This document shows positions 35,303 through 43,630 of a stretch of 64,000 nucleotides of DNA, one piece after another. Made by a program: the position numbers and the translations under genes. The notes beneath the pieces were generated by a model. That model worked only from the letters and a program-made list of their open reading frames with translations. It ran no database searches and was not told the DNA's origin. The stretch is taken from the NCBI GenBank assembly GCA_041859365.1, contig JBHEKR010000341.1, positions 5,821 through 69,820 of the forward strand, in the 5' to 3' direction. The stretch is from Candidatus Hydrogenedentales bacterium. Lineage in GTDB: Bacteria; Hydrogenedentota; Hydrogenedentia; Hydrogenedentales; JAEUWI01. The number at the start of each line of letters is the position of its first letter. The first letter of the stretch is position 1.

Positions 35303-35337
35303 CGCGACCGCCTGATTCAGGCGGTCGCGTTTCATTT
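35303..35337 (+). terminator. Rho-independent terminator-like hairpin between fba and ispH
   Basis: cgcgaccgcc (35303-12), loop tgattca, ggcggtcgcg (35320-29), then tttcatttcc. Confidence 0.6.
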
Positions 35338-35357
35338 CCTCGAGGAGTCTGATCACC

Positions 35358-36278
35358 ATGGAAATCATCGTCGCCAAGCCCCGCGGTTTCTGCGCGGGCG
35401 TCGAGCGGGCCATCAAGTGCGTGGAGCAGGCGCTGGACCGCTACGGCGCGCCCGTATACGTGCTCAACAACATCGTACACAACGCCCACGTCGTGAACGA
35501 GCTCAAGGAGCAGGGCGCCGTGTTCGTCAAAGATATGGATGAAGTGCCCGAGGGCGCCCACCTGCTTTTCAGCGCCCACGGCGTCAGCCCCGAGCGCTGG
35601 AAACACGCCGAGCGCCTCAATCTGGAAGTTATCGACGCCACCTGCCCCCTCGTGGAAAAAGTCCACTTCGAGGCGCGTCGCTTCGCGAAAAAAGGCTACA
35701 CCATCATCCTCATCGGCGAGGAAGGCCACGACGAAACCATCGGCACCATGGGCCAGGCCCCGGAGCATATCATCCTCGTCACCACGAAGGAGGATGTGGA
35801 CCAACTGGAGGTCGAAGACCCGAACAACCTCTCCTACATCACGCAGACGACCCTCAGCGTGAACGACTGTCAGATCATCATCGACGCGCTGAAAAAGAAG
35901 TTCCCCAACATCATGCAGCCGCCCAAAGAAGATATCTGCTACGCCACCACAAACCGTCAGGCGGCGGTAAACGCCCTCACGCCCGATGTGGATCTGGTGC
36001 TCGTGGTGGGGGATCAGGAAAGCGCCAATTCCGCGCGCCTGGCGGAAATCGCACGCGACAAGGGCAAACCGGCCTACTTGATTCTCGACGCCTCACGAAT
36101 CGACGATGCCTGGCTCGAGGGCGTGGAGCGCGTGCTGCTGACGTCCGGTGCTTCTGTGCACGACAAGCACGTGCAGGGCGTCATCCAGTACCTCCAGGAC
36201 CGCGAGCCCTGTACCGTCGAGGAACGGGAGCTTGTGGAGGAGAATGTATTCTTCCGGCTGCCGACCGCAATCGCGTAG
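35358..36278 (+). CDS. ispH: 4-hydroxy-3-methylbut-2-enyl diphosphate reductase (IspH/LytB)
   Basis: GAGGAG RBS. MEIIVAKPRGFCAGVERAI, IVHNAHVV, DATCPLVEKVH, ICYATTNRQ are the three Fe-S cysteine contexts of IspH. Confidence 0.95.
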   Translation: MEIIVAKPRGFCAGVERAIKCVEQALDRYGAPVYVLNNIVHNAHVVNELKEQGAVFVKDMDEVPEGAHLLFSAHGVSPERWKHAERLNLEVIDATCPLVEKVHFEARRFAKKGYTIILIGEEGHDETIGTMGQAPEHIILVTTKEDVDQLEVEDPNNLSYITQTTLSVNDCQIIIDALKKKFPNIMQPPKEDICYATTNRQAAVNALTPDVDLVLVVGDQESANSARLAEIARDKGKPAYLILDASRIDDAWLEGVERVLLTSGASVHDKHVQGVIQYLQDREPCTVEERELVEENVFFRLPTAIA

Positions 36279-36369
36279 GGACTGATGCGAAGCCGCCACG
36301 GTGATTTTGACCGCCGTGCCACGCTGTTTGGAAGTGTAATCACGAGGTATTCGAACGCTCAAAGGTTAG

Positions 36370-36591
36370 CCCCGGGTGCCACCTCAATCGTGCAACGCAC
36401 GTTTGGGTGCTTTGAGTCCCAGTGCTTCGTATGCTGAGTTGGTGCCTGTGCGAGCTTGGTGAACGTTTGGGCAACCGTTTTCAATATCCAATCCGGGTTC
36501 AAAAGCCGGACCTGAGTTTTCACCTTTGTTCGCGGCGTTCCTCCCTCAGTGCACGCAAACGAGCGTTGCTCGATTGAGGTGGCACCCGGGG
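36370..36591. repeat. About 220-bp palindromic intergenic element, copy B (MITE/REP-like)
   Basis: 29-bp terminal inverted repeat with 1 mismatch: ccccgggtgccacctcaatcgtgcaacgc (36370-36398) against 36563-36591. Imperfect complementarity continues about 20 nt inward. Internal cttggtgaacgtttggg (36455-36471) is shared with copy A. It lies between convergent ispH and asnB. Confidence 0.75.
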
Positions 36592-36669
36592 TGGGTATCG
36601 AAAGTAGCCGTGCTTATCTCAAGTGCTGGAATTCTTTGTAAAACGTCTGAATGATCTTTCGCGCGCTCC

Positions 36670-38556
36670 TCAGTCCCTGCGGGCCCAGAGGGCAAACATC
36701 AGCAACGTAAAAATAAGGAAGCCATGATCGCGCTTTCCTGACATGTGGGCGTCGATGAGTTTTCCGACGTTGCCCTGATTGAACATGCCCATGCCCGCGT
36801 CTTTTGCCCGCAGTGTATCCTCCACCAGTTCGCGCCAAGGTCCGGCGATCCAGTGGGAGACGGGGGCATTGAAGCCGGCTTTCTTTCGTGCGATCACGGC
36901 ATCGGGCACCTGCCTCTTCGCGACATCGCGCAGTATTTTCTTGCCGCGCAAGCCGGATAGCTTCAGATGGGGCGGCAGCCCGGCGCAGAATTCCACCAGC
37001 CGATGATCGAGGTAAGGGCTGCGCACTTCCAGACCGTGGGCCATGCTCGCCCGATCAACTTTGACCAGAATATCGTCCGCCAACCAGGTCGTGTAATCCA
37101 CGTAGAGCATACGATCCAGTGGGTTTAGATCAGGCACGTCGTCCCACGCCCGCTGGAATGGGGCAAAGGCATTGAAGGTGTCGTCCCAGGCGTCGCGGGC
37201 GATCAGGTGTTGCAGCGCGTCGCGTGTCAGCAGCATGCGCCACCAGCCATGGGCGTCGCAGGGGTTCAATCTCGCGCCCGATAAGAACTGTTTCAGTTTG
37301 TACCTTGCGCCCACCTTGCGGCGGTCATCGGGCAATTGGTTTGCCGCGACGGAGGCAGCCGCCAGCAGTGGGCCCGGAATGATCGAGGCCAGACGCCGCA
37401 ATCGATCCGCCGCGTGGGTGGTATAGCCCGCGAGGAGCTCATCGCCGCCATCACCCGACAGAGCGACGGTCAAGTGCTTGCGCGCCTCGCGACAGAGGAC
37501 CCAGGTGGGCAGGATGGAAGTATCCGCAAAAGGCTCATCCAGATGTCGCGCAACCTCTAGCAGCAAATCGGGACTTTCGCATTGCACGACAACCTCGGTA
37601 TGATCGGCGCCAAGTTCCTTCGCAACGAGCGAGGCCCAGGAGAGTTCGCTGTAGCTCTCTTCCTGAAATCCCATGCTGAAGGCTTTCAGTTCAGGTTGGT
37701 GCGCCCGAATGCGTGCGCAAATGAGACTCGAATCGAGTCCGCCGCTAAGGAAGGCTCCCAGGGGCACGTCGCTCAGGAGGCGCTCCGCAACGCAGCGATC
37801 GAGCAGGGCGTTGAATGCTTCCCGGTATTCCGTGTCGCGCAGACGCGGTGTGGACTGGGCGGAGGTCCAGACTTGCGCCAAATTCCAGTAGCGTCGCTCA
37901 GCAGGACGCTCGCCGGGAGACCACTGGACATAAGTGCCCGGGCGCACATGCTTGACCCCGCGCAGGATGGCGTCGTGCCCCGTGACGTAGCCGGTGGAAA
38001 AATACTGAAGCGCGGCGCGGCGGTTCAACACCGTGGGCGGATCCGGGAGGAAGCGAAAGGCTCGCATTTCCGACGAAAAATAGAGTGTGCCCCGCTCGTC
38101 CGCCGTCCAGAACAGGGGTTTCACTCCAAGGCGGTCGCGCACGAGAAAGAGGCTGCGCCGGTGTTCATCCCACAGGGCGAATGCGAACATACCGACGAGG
38201 CGATCAAGCAGCCGATCCAGCCCCCAGGCTGCGTAGCCATGAAGAATGACCTCGGTATCGGAATGGGTTTGAAAGGCGGCGCCGCTCCCAATCAGCTCAT
38301 CGCGAAGCGTCTGGAAATTGTATAGCTCGCCGTTAAATACCAGATATAGACCACGGGTGCCAAGGTGCATCGGCTGATGGCCGCCCTCAAGATCGATCAC
38401 CGAGAGGCGCCGGTGGCCGAGCGATACGCCACTCGCTGTTGAGTACCCGGCATCGTCCGGCCCGCGATGGACGAGGGCGCTCGTCATGGACTCCAGGACA
38501 CCGGGGGGCGGCGTGTGCTGAGGATCGGCGTAGGCGATGCCGCAGATGCCGCACAT
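36670..38556 (-). CDS. asnB: Asparagine synthase (glutamine-hydrolysing)
   Basis: MCGICGIAY (N-terminal nucleophile Cys2), HRGPDD, SGGLDSS PP-loop. 628 aa. Confidence 0.9.
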   Translation of the reverse strand: MCGICGIAYADPQHTPPPGVLESMTSALVHRGPDDAGYSTASGVSLGHRRLSVIDLEGGHQPMHLGTRGLYLVFNGELYNFQTLRDELIGSGAAFQTHSDTEVILHGYAAWGLDRLLDRLVGMFAFALWDEHRRSLFLVRDRLGVKPLFWTADERGTLYFSSEMRAFRFLPDPPTVLNRRAALQYFSTGYVTGHDAILRGVKHVRPGTYVQWSPGERPAERRYWNLAQVWTSAQSTPRLRDTEYREAFNALLDRCVAERLLSDVPLGAFLSGGLDSSLICARIRAHQPELKAFSMGFQEESYSELSWASLVAKELGADHTEVVVQCESPDLLLEVARHLDEPFADTSILPTWVLCREARKHLTVALSGDGGDELLAGYTTHAADRLRRLASIIPGPLLAAASVAANQLPDDRRKVGARYKLKQFLSGARLNPCDAHGWWRMLLTRDALQHLIARDAWDDTFNAFAPFQRAWDDVPDLNPLDRMLYVDYTTWLADDILVKVDRASMAHGLEVRSPYLDHRLVEFCAGLPPHLKLSGLRGKKILRDVAKRQVPDAVIARKKAGFNAPVSHWIAGPWRELVEDTLRAKDAGMGMFNQGNVGKLIDAHMSGKRDHGFLIFTLLMFALWARRD

Positions 38557-38641
38557 GGGTTAGTTCCACGCCTGTGCTGGAGTTGGAGGCGTTATTGAAA
38601 ACCGGCGACCGTGCCACGCGATGCGAGAGAGTTCCGTGCAT

Positions 38642-39580
38642 TTAGCCATCGAGATCGCCAACCCTCCGACTCTCATCGGCCGTCGCCTTATAGCCCCGCT
38701 CGGGAAAGTGCAGTTCCGACAGGTTGCACTGGAAGCGCACCGCGAGAAAACCAAGGGCCATTGCGATATTGCCGCAATAGAAGCCCAGCGAGAGCAGGAG
38801 CAGTGCTGGAAACTGCCCTGGAATGAGCAAAACCGCGACCGCTGTGAGGAGTGTATACCCAGCCACCATCATCGCCTGCGCCAAATAGAGCTTGATTGGA
38901 TTGAACAGCACGATCGTCATGACGATGATCTGCAAGGCCCGCAGCGTGTCGCGCCAATACCGGACATGGCTCTTTCCCGTACGTGCAAAGTACTCGACGG
39001 GACGATACGCCACATGGTGCCCGGTTTGAAACGCGATGATGGTGATGCTCGTGGTAAAGGAAAATCCCCCCGACAGGGCAGACCCGCACTGAGCAATCAG
39101 GTCCCGCCGAATGATCCGCAGCCCGCTGTTCACATCGGGTATCGGCTGGCCCACGACAAATTCCGTGAAGCGCTTAAAGAGTGTCCGTGCCCACCTTTTG
39201 GTAAGGCTCGAATCATAGTGCCTGCCCTGGCGTGCGCCGACCAGCATGTCGAGGTCCCGCGCCACCGCCTCGTCCAGCATGCGCGGAAGTTCATCAAGGG
39301 GATACGTGCCGTCGGCGTCGGTAATGCCGATCCAGGGATGGGCCGCATTGCGCACGCCCGTGAGCAACGCATTTCCATATCCTTTGTTGGTGGGGTGCAT
39401 AATCACCCGCGCCAGTGTGGCCCGAGCGCGAACCGGGGTGTCGTCCGTGGAGCCGTCGTCCACCACGATGATCTCGTACGTGTGACCAGAAGCCCGAAGG
39501 GCCAAATCCACTTTTGAAACCGTGTCCTCGATCGCGTCGGACTCGTTGAAGACCGGAATTACAACGGTGATGGCGGCCAT
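38642..39580 (-). CDS. Family 2 glycosyltransferase with C-terminal membrane helices (polyprenol-phosphate sugar transferase-like)
   Basis: The track start 39703 is TTG. ATG 39580 after AGGAG gives MAAITVVIPVFNESDAI. VVDDGSTDDT, TDADGTYP (DxD). The C-terminal half is hydrophobic. Confidence 0.85.
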   Translation of the reverse strand: MAAITVVIPVFNESDAIEDTVSKVDLALRASGHTYEIIVVDDGSTDDTPVRARATLARVIMHPTNKGYGNALLTGVRNAAHPWIGITDADGTYPLDELPRMLDEAVARDLDMLVGARQGRHYDSSLTKRWARTLFKRFTEFVVGQPIPDVNSGLRIIRRDLIAQCGSALSGGFSFTTSITIIAFQTGHHVAYRPVEYFARTGKSHVRYWRDTLRALQIIVMTIVLFNPIKLYLAQAMMVAGYTLLTAVAVLLIPGQFPALLLLSLGFYCGNIAMALGFLAVRFQCNLSELHFPERGYKATADESRRVGDLDG

Positions 39581-39597
39581 GGCGCTCCTGCAGGAAC

Positions 39598-39640
39598 AGT
39601 TGACAAGGGACTGTTGACAATGGAATGTTGACAGTAAAAA
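39598..39640. repeat. 3 x 14-bp tandem direct repeat, core TGTTGACA, immediately upstream of the GT2 start
   Basis: GTTGACA at 39599, 39613 and 39627 (exact 14-bp period). Confidence 0.75.
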
Positions 39641-39670
39641 GCGCCTAACACCGACGACCAGACAGGCGCT
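39635..39670 (-). terminator. Candidate Rho-independent terminator after the Bat operon
   Basis: Minus strand AGCGCCT, 17-nt loop, AGGCGCT, followed by TTTTTA. 7-bp stem (39640-46 / 39664-70). Confidence 0.45.
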
Positions 39671-39727
39671 AGTGGCAGAAACGTCGCACTGACCACTCGA
39701 CAAGAGTCACACTATCCACGAATCGCT

Positions 39728-39755
39728 TTCAACTTTCAACTGTCAACTATCAACT
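39728..39755. repeat. 4 x 7-bp tandem repeat (NTCAACT) overlapping the batE-like stop codon
   Basis: ttcaact ttcaact gtcaact atcaact. The core is the reverse complement of the GTTGA core of the 14-bp repeats 100 bp away. Confidence 0.75.
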
Positions 39756-40592
39756 GGTTTCACCCACCAGCGCAACGTCGCGTCGCGCGAGCCAGCAGGT
39801 GCGTTCGTCGGGCAGTGTCACCTGCACCCAGTCCTCTCGATCTTCCAACACTTTGAACTCTGTGCCCGCATGAAGCGGTTCGCCGAAGCTGGGTTGGTAG
39901 GTCTCTCCGTCGCCTTTGCGGGCGATGCTTTCCGCCGCGACTACGACACCGGCCGGATGGGCGCGGTGGCTTCGTGCTTCCGCCGACAGAGAGATGAAGA
40001 GCAGCGCAGCGAGAACCCCAGTGGCCGCGATGGCCCCGTTGAGCGCGCTCTTCTTCCAGAAAATCCGGGCGGCCGCGAAACCCCAGAAGGCAAGAAATGC
40101 AAAACTAAACACACGCAGGCGGATACCCGAAGGGATATCGTAGTGCCAGAAAAACAGGGTGTTGAGCACCTTGCGCTTTTCCGTCTGCTCGAAGGAATCT
40201 TTGCGTTGCTGGCGCACGAAGGCCAGATTTTGCTGCAGATTCACATTGTTCGGCATGTACTGCTCGGCCCGGAGGTAGTTGAGAATGGCCCGGCCTATAT
40301 CCCCGCGCTGAAACCAGACATTGCCGAGGTTGTAGTAAAGCTTTCCATTCTCCACGCCGCCCTCGCGAATGATCTGCTCCAGACGTAGCGTGGCCTTCTC
40401 GTACTCCGCCTGGGCCGCGGCGGGATCCGTGGTGACGAGGCGATTTCCCGCTTCAAACGCATTGATGGACTCCGCAAAGGCGGTTTCCATCGCGCCCCGC
40501 TCCATGGCTGCCGCGCTTGCGGTGGGGGCCATGAGCAACCCGCCCCCGGCGAACAGCAAGACCGACCCAAGGAAAGACATCGCCGCGCGCAT
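39750..40592 (-). CDS. BatE-like protein (signal/TPR, two TM helices, C-terminal SH3 domain)
   Basis: ATG 40592 overlaps the upstream stop (TGATG). TPR YYNLGNVWFQRGDIGRAILNYLRAEQ. C-terminal SH3-like ARKGDGETYQPSFGEPLHAGTEFKVLEDREDWVQVTLPDERTCWLARRDV. Confidence 0.7.
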   Translation of the reverse strand: MRAAMSFLGSVLLFAGGGLLMAPTASAAAMERGAMETAFAESINAFEAGNRLVTTDPAAAQAEYEKATLRLEQIIREGGVENGKLYYNLGNVWFQRGDIGRAILNYLRAEQYMPNNVNLQQNLAFVRQQRKDSFEQTEKRKVLNTLFFWHYDIPSGIRLRVFSFAFLAFWGFAAARIFWKKSALNGAIAATGVLAALLFISLSAEARSHRAHPAGVVVAAESIARKGDGETYQPSFGEPLHAGTEFKVLEDREDWVQVTLPDERTCWLARRDVALVGETS

Positions 40593-42427
40593 CAGCCAAT
40601 CTCCTTTTCCAGCGCGTCCGCGCATTCCAGCATGCGTCCGGCAACTTCGGCGACCGGGCCGCCGCCACCGCCACCCGCATAGTGATGGGCCTCGCATTCA
40701 TCAAAAATCCGCTTCAGCATATCGAGCGTATCATCTGTCGCACCCTGGTTGCGCAGGGGGCGATCCACGTCGCCGAAAGTCAGTGCACTGGCCCGGTACT
40801 CCAGCTTGGCGGCGAGGTAGGTCCGCAACGCGTGCAGGGCTTTGCCATGATCCAGTTCGCCTGTCGACAGCGCAAGACCGAGTTGGGCACGGGCGAGTTT
40901 TCTTGCGCGACCTCTGGGCCGCAGCCCGCCCAGACGCCGCACCAGTACGGTACCCGCCAGAGCGCCCCAGGCAATCGGGGGCAACAGCAGGACCAGCCAG
41001 CTCGACGCACTGCGCATCCACACATCCGGCCCGAAGTGCTGAGGTTCCAGCGCGTCAAGCTCCGTGAAATTGTGGGCGATACCTTCATTCACGGCCACGT
41101 GTTCGACGCTTTCCGCTCTCGGGCGAAAGCCTTCCGCATCCGACGCCGTGACCACCTGAGTCTCGCGCACCTTGATGGGAATGGGTTTCGAGCGGGCCAT
41201 CTCGTAGCGCCCTGTTGCGGTATCGAAATAGGCCAGTTCGATGGAGGGAACCTCCGTCACCTCGGGCGACTGCGCTCGAATGGTCTGGGTGAAAATTTTC
41301 CGGTTCTCCTCGGCCCGTCCGGGCGCCATCTCGTCGGGAATCCGGAATTGCCGGGCCAGGGCTGCCTGCTGCTGGAGCGGAGGCAGTTCAAAGTGGCGGA
41401 GGTAGGTGGGGCCTTCCACGGTGACCGTAAGTGTGATGGGGTCCCCCACGCTGACCTCGGCGGGCGCGGCCGCCGTCAGAATCGAAAACTCTCCAATCAA
41501 GCCCGAAAAGTTATCGGGCTTGCCATCCTGGGGCACCGCCTTCACCGAGAGCGTAATCGGATCGGTCTGGACCACGACACTCTTCGTCTGGTCTCGTGAA
41601 CCGAAGATGGACATGTTGTCAAAAGGAGAACGGCCACGGCGCTGCGATACCACGGCCTCGGCCGCCGCCGTTGACTGGGGAATGGCAATCTCTCCCGCCG
41701 TCTTCGGCACCAACACATGCATGAAGGTAATCGTGACGAAGCTGGCGCCATTGGAACGGGCTTCCCCCTTCTCTGCGACGACTTCCTGATTGTTGATCAT
41801 TATCCCAATGTATTCTCGATCGGGGCGTTGGTCGATGACCATGACTTCCGTGTTGAAATCCGGCGAACTCAATACCGGGAGGGAGAATACGACATCCCGC
41901 ACGGGATCGCCGATATAGTAGGTCGTGGTCATGGCGATGGGCTCGCCGACGTAGCACGACGTTTTGGACAGGCTGGTGGTCAATTTGAAATTATCCACCG
42001 GCTCCGGCGGGCTTGCATTAACGGTCAGCGGCGTGGCCGTCAACGTCTGACCTTCCGCGCGCAGGGTGATCGAGGGAATCTCGATGCGTCCGACCCGCTT
42101 TGCCGCCAGGCGATAGGTCATGAGGTACTGCCGGGAAACCACGCGGGTCGTGCGTCCGTTGATGAAGGAGATCGACTCGCTGTTGTTGCGCCTGTTGCCT
42201 TCAAAGGTTACGGTGAAGTCGCGGGTGAGTTCCGCGAGGTCCGGCGTCTCGGCCTCGTCGACATTGTTCACCTGAAGCTGAAAAACGAAGGGTTCGCCGA
42301 CCGCGACGTCCTCTTTTTCGAGCACGGCATTGACGGTGGGCGCTTCTTGCGCCGTGGCAATGCTCGCCGCGGCCAGCGTGCTCAGGCACAGCGCCATGTT
42401 AATCGCGCGCGCGTAGCAGGTCTTCAT
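40592..42427 (-). CDS. BatD-like oxygen-tolerance protein
   Basis: Signal peptide, then VLEKEDVAVGEPFVFQLQVNN ... RVGRIEIPSITL (BatD-type Ig-like repeats). TM near the C-terminus. Operon position after BatC. Confidence 0.7.
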   Translation of the reverse strand: MKTCYARAINMALCLSTLAAASIATAQEAPTVNAVLEKEDVAVGEPFVFQLQVNNVDEAETPDLAELTRDFTVTFEGNRRNNSESISFINGRTTRVVSRQYLMTYRLAAKRVGRIEIPSITLRAEGQTLTATPLTVNASPPEPVDNFKLTTSLSKTSCYVGEPIAMTTTYYIGDPVRDVVFSLPVLSSPDFNTEVMVIDQRPDREYIGIMINNQEVVAEKGEARSNGASFVTITFMHVLVPKTAGEIAIPQSTAAAEAVVSQRRGRSPFDNMSIFGSRDQTKSVVVQTDPITLSVKAVPQDGKPDNFSGLIGEFSILTAAAPAEVSVGDPITLTVTVEGPTYLRHFELPPLQQQAALARQFRIPDEMAPGRAEENRKIFTQTIRAQSPEVTEVPSIELAYFDTATGRYEMARSKPIPIKVRETQVVTASDAEGFRPRAESVEHVAVNEGIAHNFTELDALEPQHFGPDVWMRSASSWLVLLLPPIAWGALAGTVLVRRLGGLRPRGRARKLARAQLGLALSTGELDHGKALHALRTYLAAKLEYRASALTFGDVDRPLRNQGATDDTLDMLKRIFDECEAHHYAGGGGGGPVAEVAGRMLECADALEKEIG

Positions 42428-42430
42428 GGA

Positions 42431-43630
42431 TCACCAATCCTTCTCTACAGGGGCTATACCGATCATCCGTTGCAGGTTGCGCAGCTCCTTGTTCTGTTTT
42501 TCCTGATTGAGGATATCTTTGGCCGTGGCGTCCGGTGCGGGTGTAGCGTCGTCCGGATCTTCGTCGGACTGGGCCTCCTCCGGTTTCTGATCGTCACCGG
42601 GTTTCTCCTGGGGGGCCTCGGGATTCTGCGGTTTCGGCTCCTTCTGCTCATCGCTCGGTGTCTTACCGTCCTGCGCATCCTGATCCTTACCCGACTGCTG
42701 CTCCTTCTGCTCCTCCTCCGCGTCGAGGGCCTTTCGGGCCTCCTTCAGTTTTTCGAGCGCCTCCTCCTGCGCCTTGCTGGCGTCTTCGGCATTTTGGTTC
42801 TTCAGGTGCTCCTCCGCCTCCGCCTGCTTCTCCGCCGCCGCCGCCGCGCTCGCTTTCGCATCCTGCTCCGGGTTGGGCTTGTCAGTCCCGGGCATCTGCT
42901 CCGCCAGGTCTTCCGTCTTATCGCGGGTCTTCTCCTGCTGCTCCTTCATCGCCTCCATCTGCTCCTGGGAGGGTGCGGGCTGGGTCGGATCCTGCTTCTG
43001 CTGTTCCTGTTGCTGGGCCGCCTGCTCCGACTGTTCCTGCTGCTGTTGTTGTTCTTCAATGAGCTCGTCCAGCTTTTCCTTCGCCTCCTCCTTTTTCTGC
43101 TGCTCTTGTTGTTGCTGCTGCTTTTGCTGCTCCATCTGCTGCCGGAGTTTCTGGATACTTCGCTTCGCCAGCTCCAGATTGTTCGCGGCGGCATCGAGTG
43201 ACTCGTCTCGGGCCAGGGCATCTTTATAATAGCCCACACTTTGATCCAGAGACGTCAGCGCCTCCTCGGGGTTTTCGGCGGCCTTGGCCTGACCTTCCTT
43301 GAAGGCGCAGTTCCCCAGATTGTAGGCGCTCAAAGCCTGAAAGCGTGCGTCTTCCGCCAGCGCACCAGCCTGCTCGAAGGCCTCCCGCGCCTTGGCCAGA
43401 TCGCCCAACTGGTAGTGCGCCGCTCCCCGGTTGAACTGGAGCTCTGGACTCTCCGGGCGCGCTCCGGCAAGGCGCTCATAGGCGTCGAGCGCTTCCTGGT
43501 AATTGCCCGCCCCATACAGGGCATTGGCTTCGGTCACCTCACGGTTGGGCCCGGCCCAGACTGCCCCGGTGACGAACAATGCAGCCAGAGCGGCTGCGCC
43601 AGTTGCCATAAATCCAGCAGCGTGTCTCAT
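42431..43630 (-). CDS. BatC-like TPR protein with a long Gln/Glu/Lys-rich low-complexity region
   Basis: ATG 43630 overlaps the batB stop (ATGA). TPR ANALYGAGNYQEALDAYERL, FNRGAAHYQLGDLAKAREAFEQA. QQMEQQKQQQQQEQQKKEEAKEKLDELIEEQQQQQEQ tract. Confidence 0.75.
   Translation of the reverse strand: MRHAAGFMATGAAALAALFVTGAVWAGPNREVTEANALYGAGNYQEALDAYERLAGARPESPELQFNRGAAHYQLGDLAKAREAFEQAGALAEDARFQALSAYNLGNCAFKEGQAKAAENPEEALTSLDQSVGYYKDALARDESLDAAANNLELAKRSIQKLRQQMEQQKQQQQQEQQKKEEAKEKLDELIEEQQQQQEQSEQAAQQQEQQKQDPTQPAPSQEQMEAMKEQQEKTRDKTEDLAEQMPGTDKPNPEQDAKASAAAAAEKQAEAEEHLKNQNAEDASKAQEEALEKLKEARKALDAEEEQKEQQSGKDQDAQDGKTPSDEQKEPKPQNPEAPQEKPGDDQKPEEAQSDEDPDDATPAPDATAKDILNQEKQNKELRNLQRMIGIAPVEKDW

Noticed and set aside
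36493-36509. tRNA T-arm-like sequence ccgg-gttcaaaag-ccgg inside palindromic element B
   Set aside because: The loop is 9 nt rather than 7. No acceptor stem, D-arm or anticodon arm can be drawn around it.
39599-39633. Three perfect TTGACA boxes as plus-strand promoters
   Set aside because: No acceptable -10 hexamer lies 16-19 nt downstream of any copy. The plus strand beyond them is antisense to batE with no gene to express. They are reported as a repeat array instead.
41717-43201. 494-aa plus-strand ORF with long Leu/Arg runs
   Set aside because: It is the mirror image of the Gln/Glu/Lys-rich tract of the BatC-like gene, so it is a low-complexity artefact.
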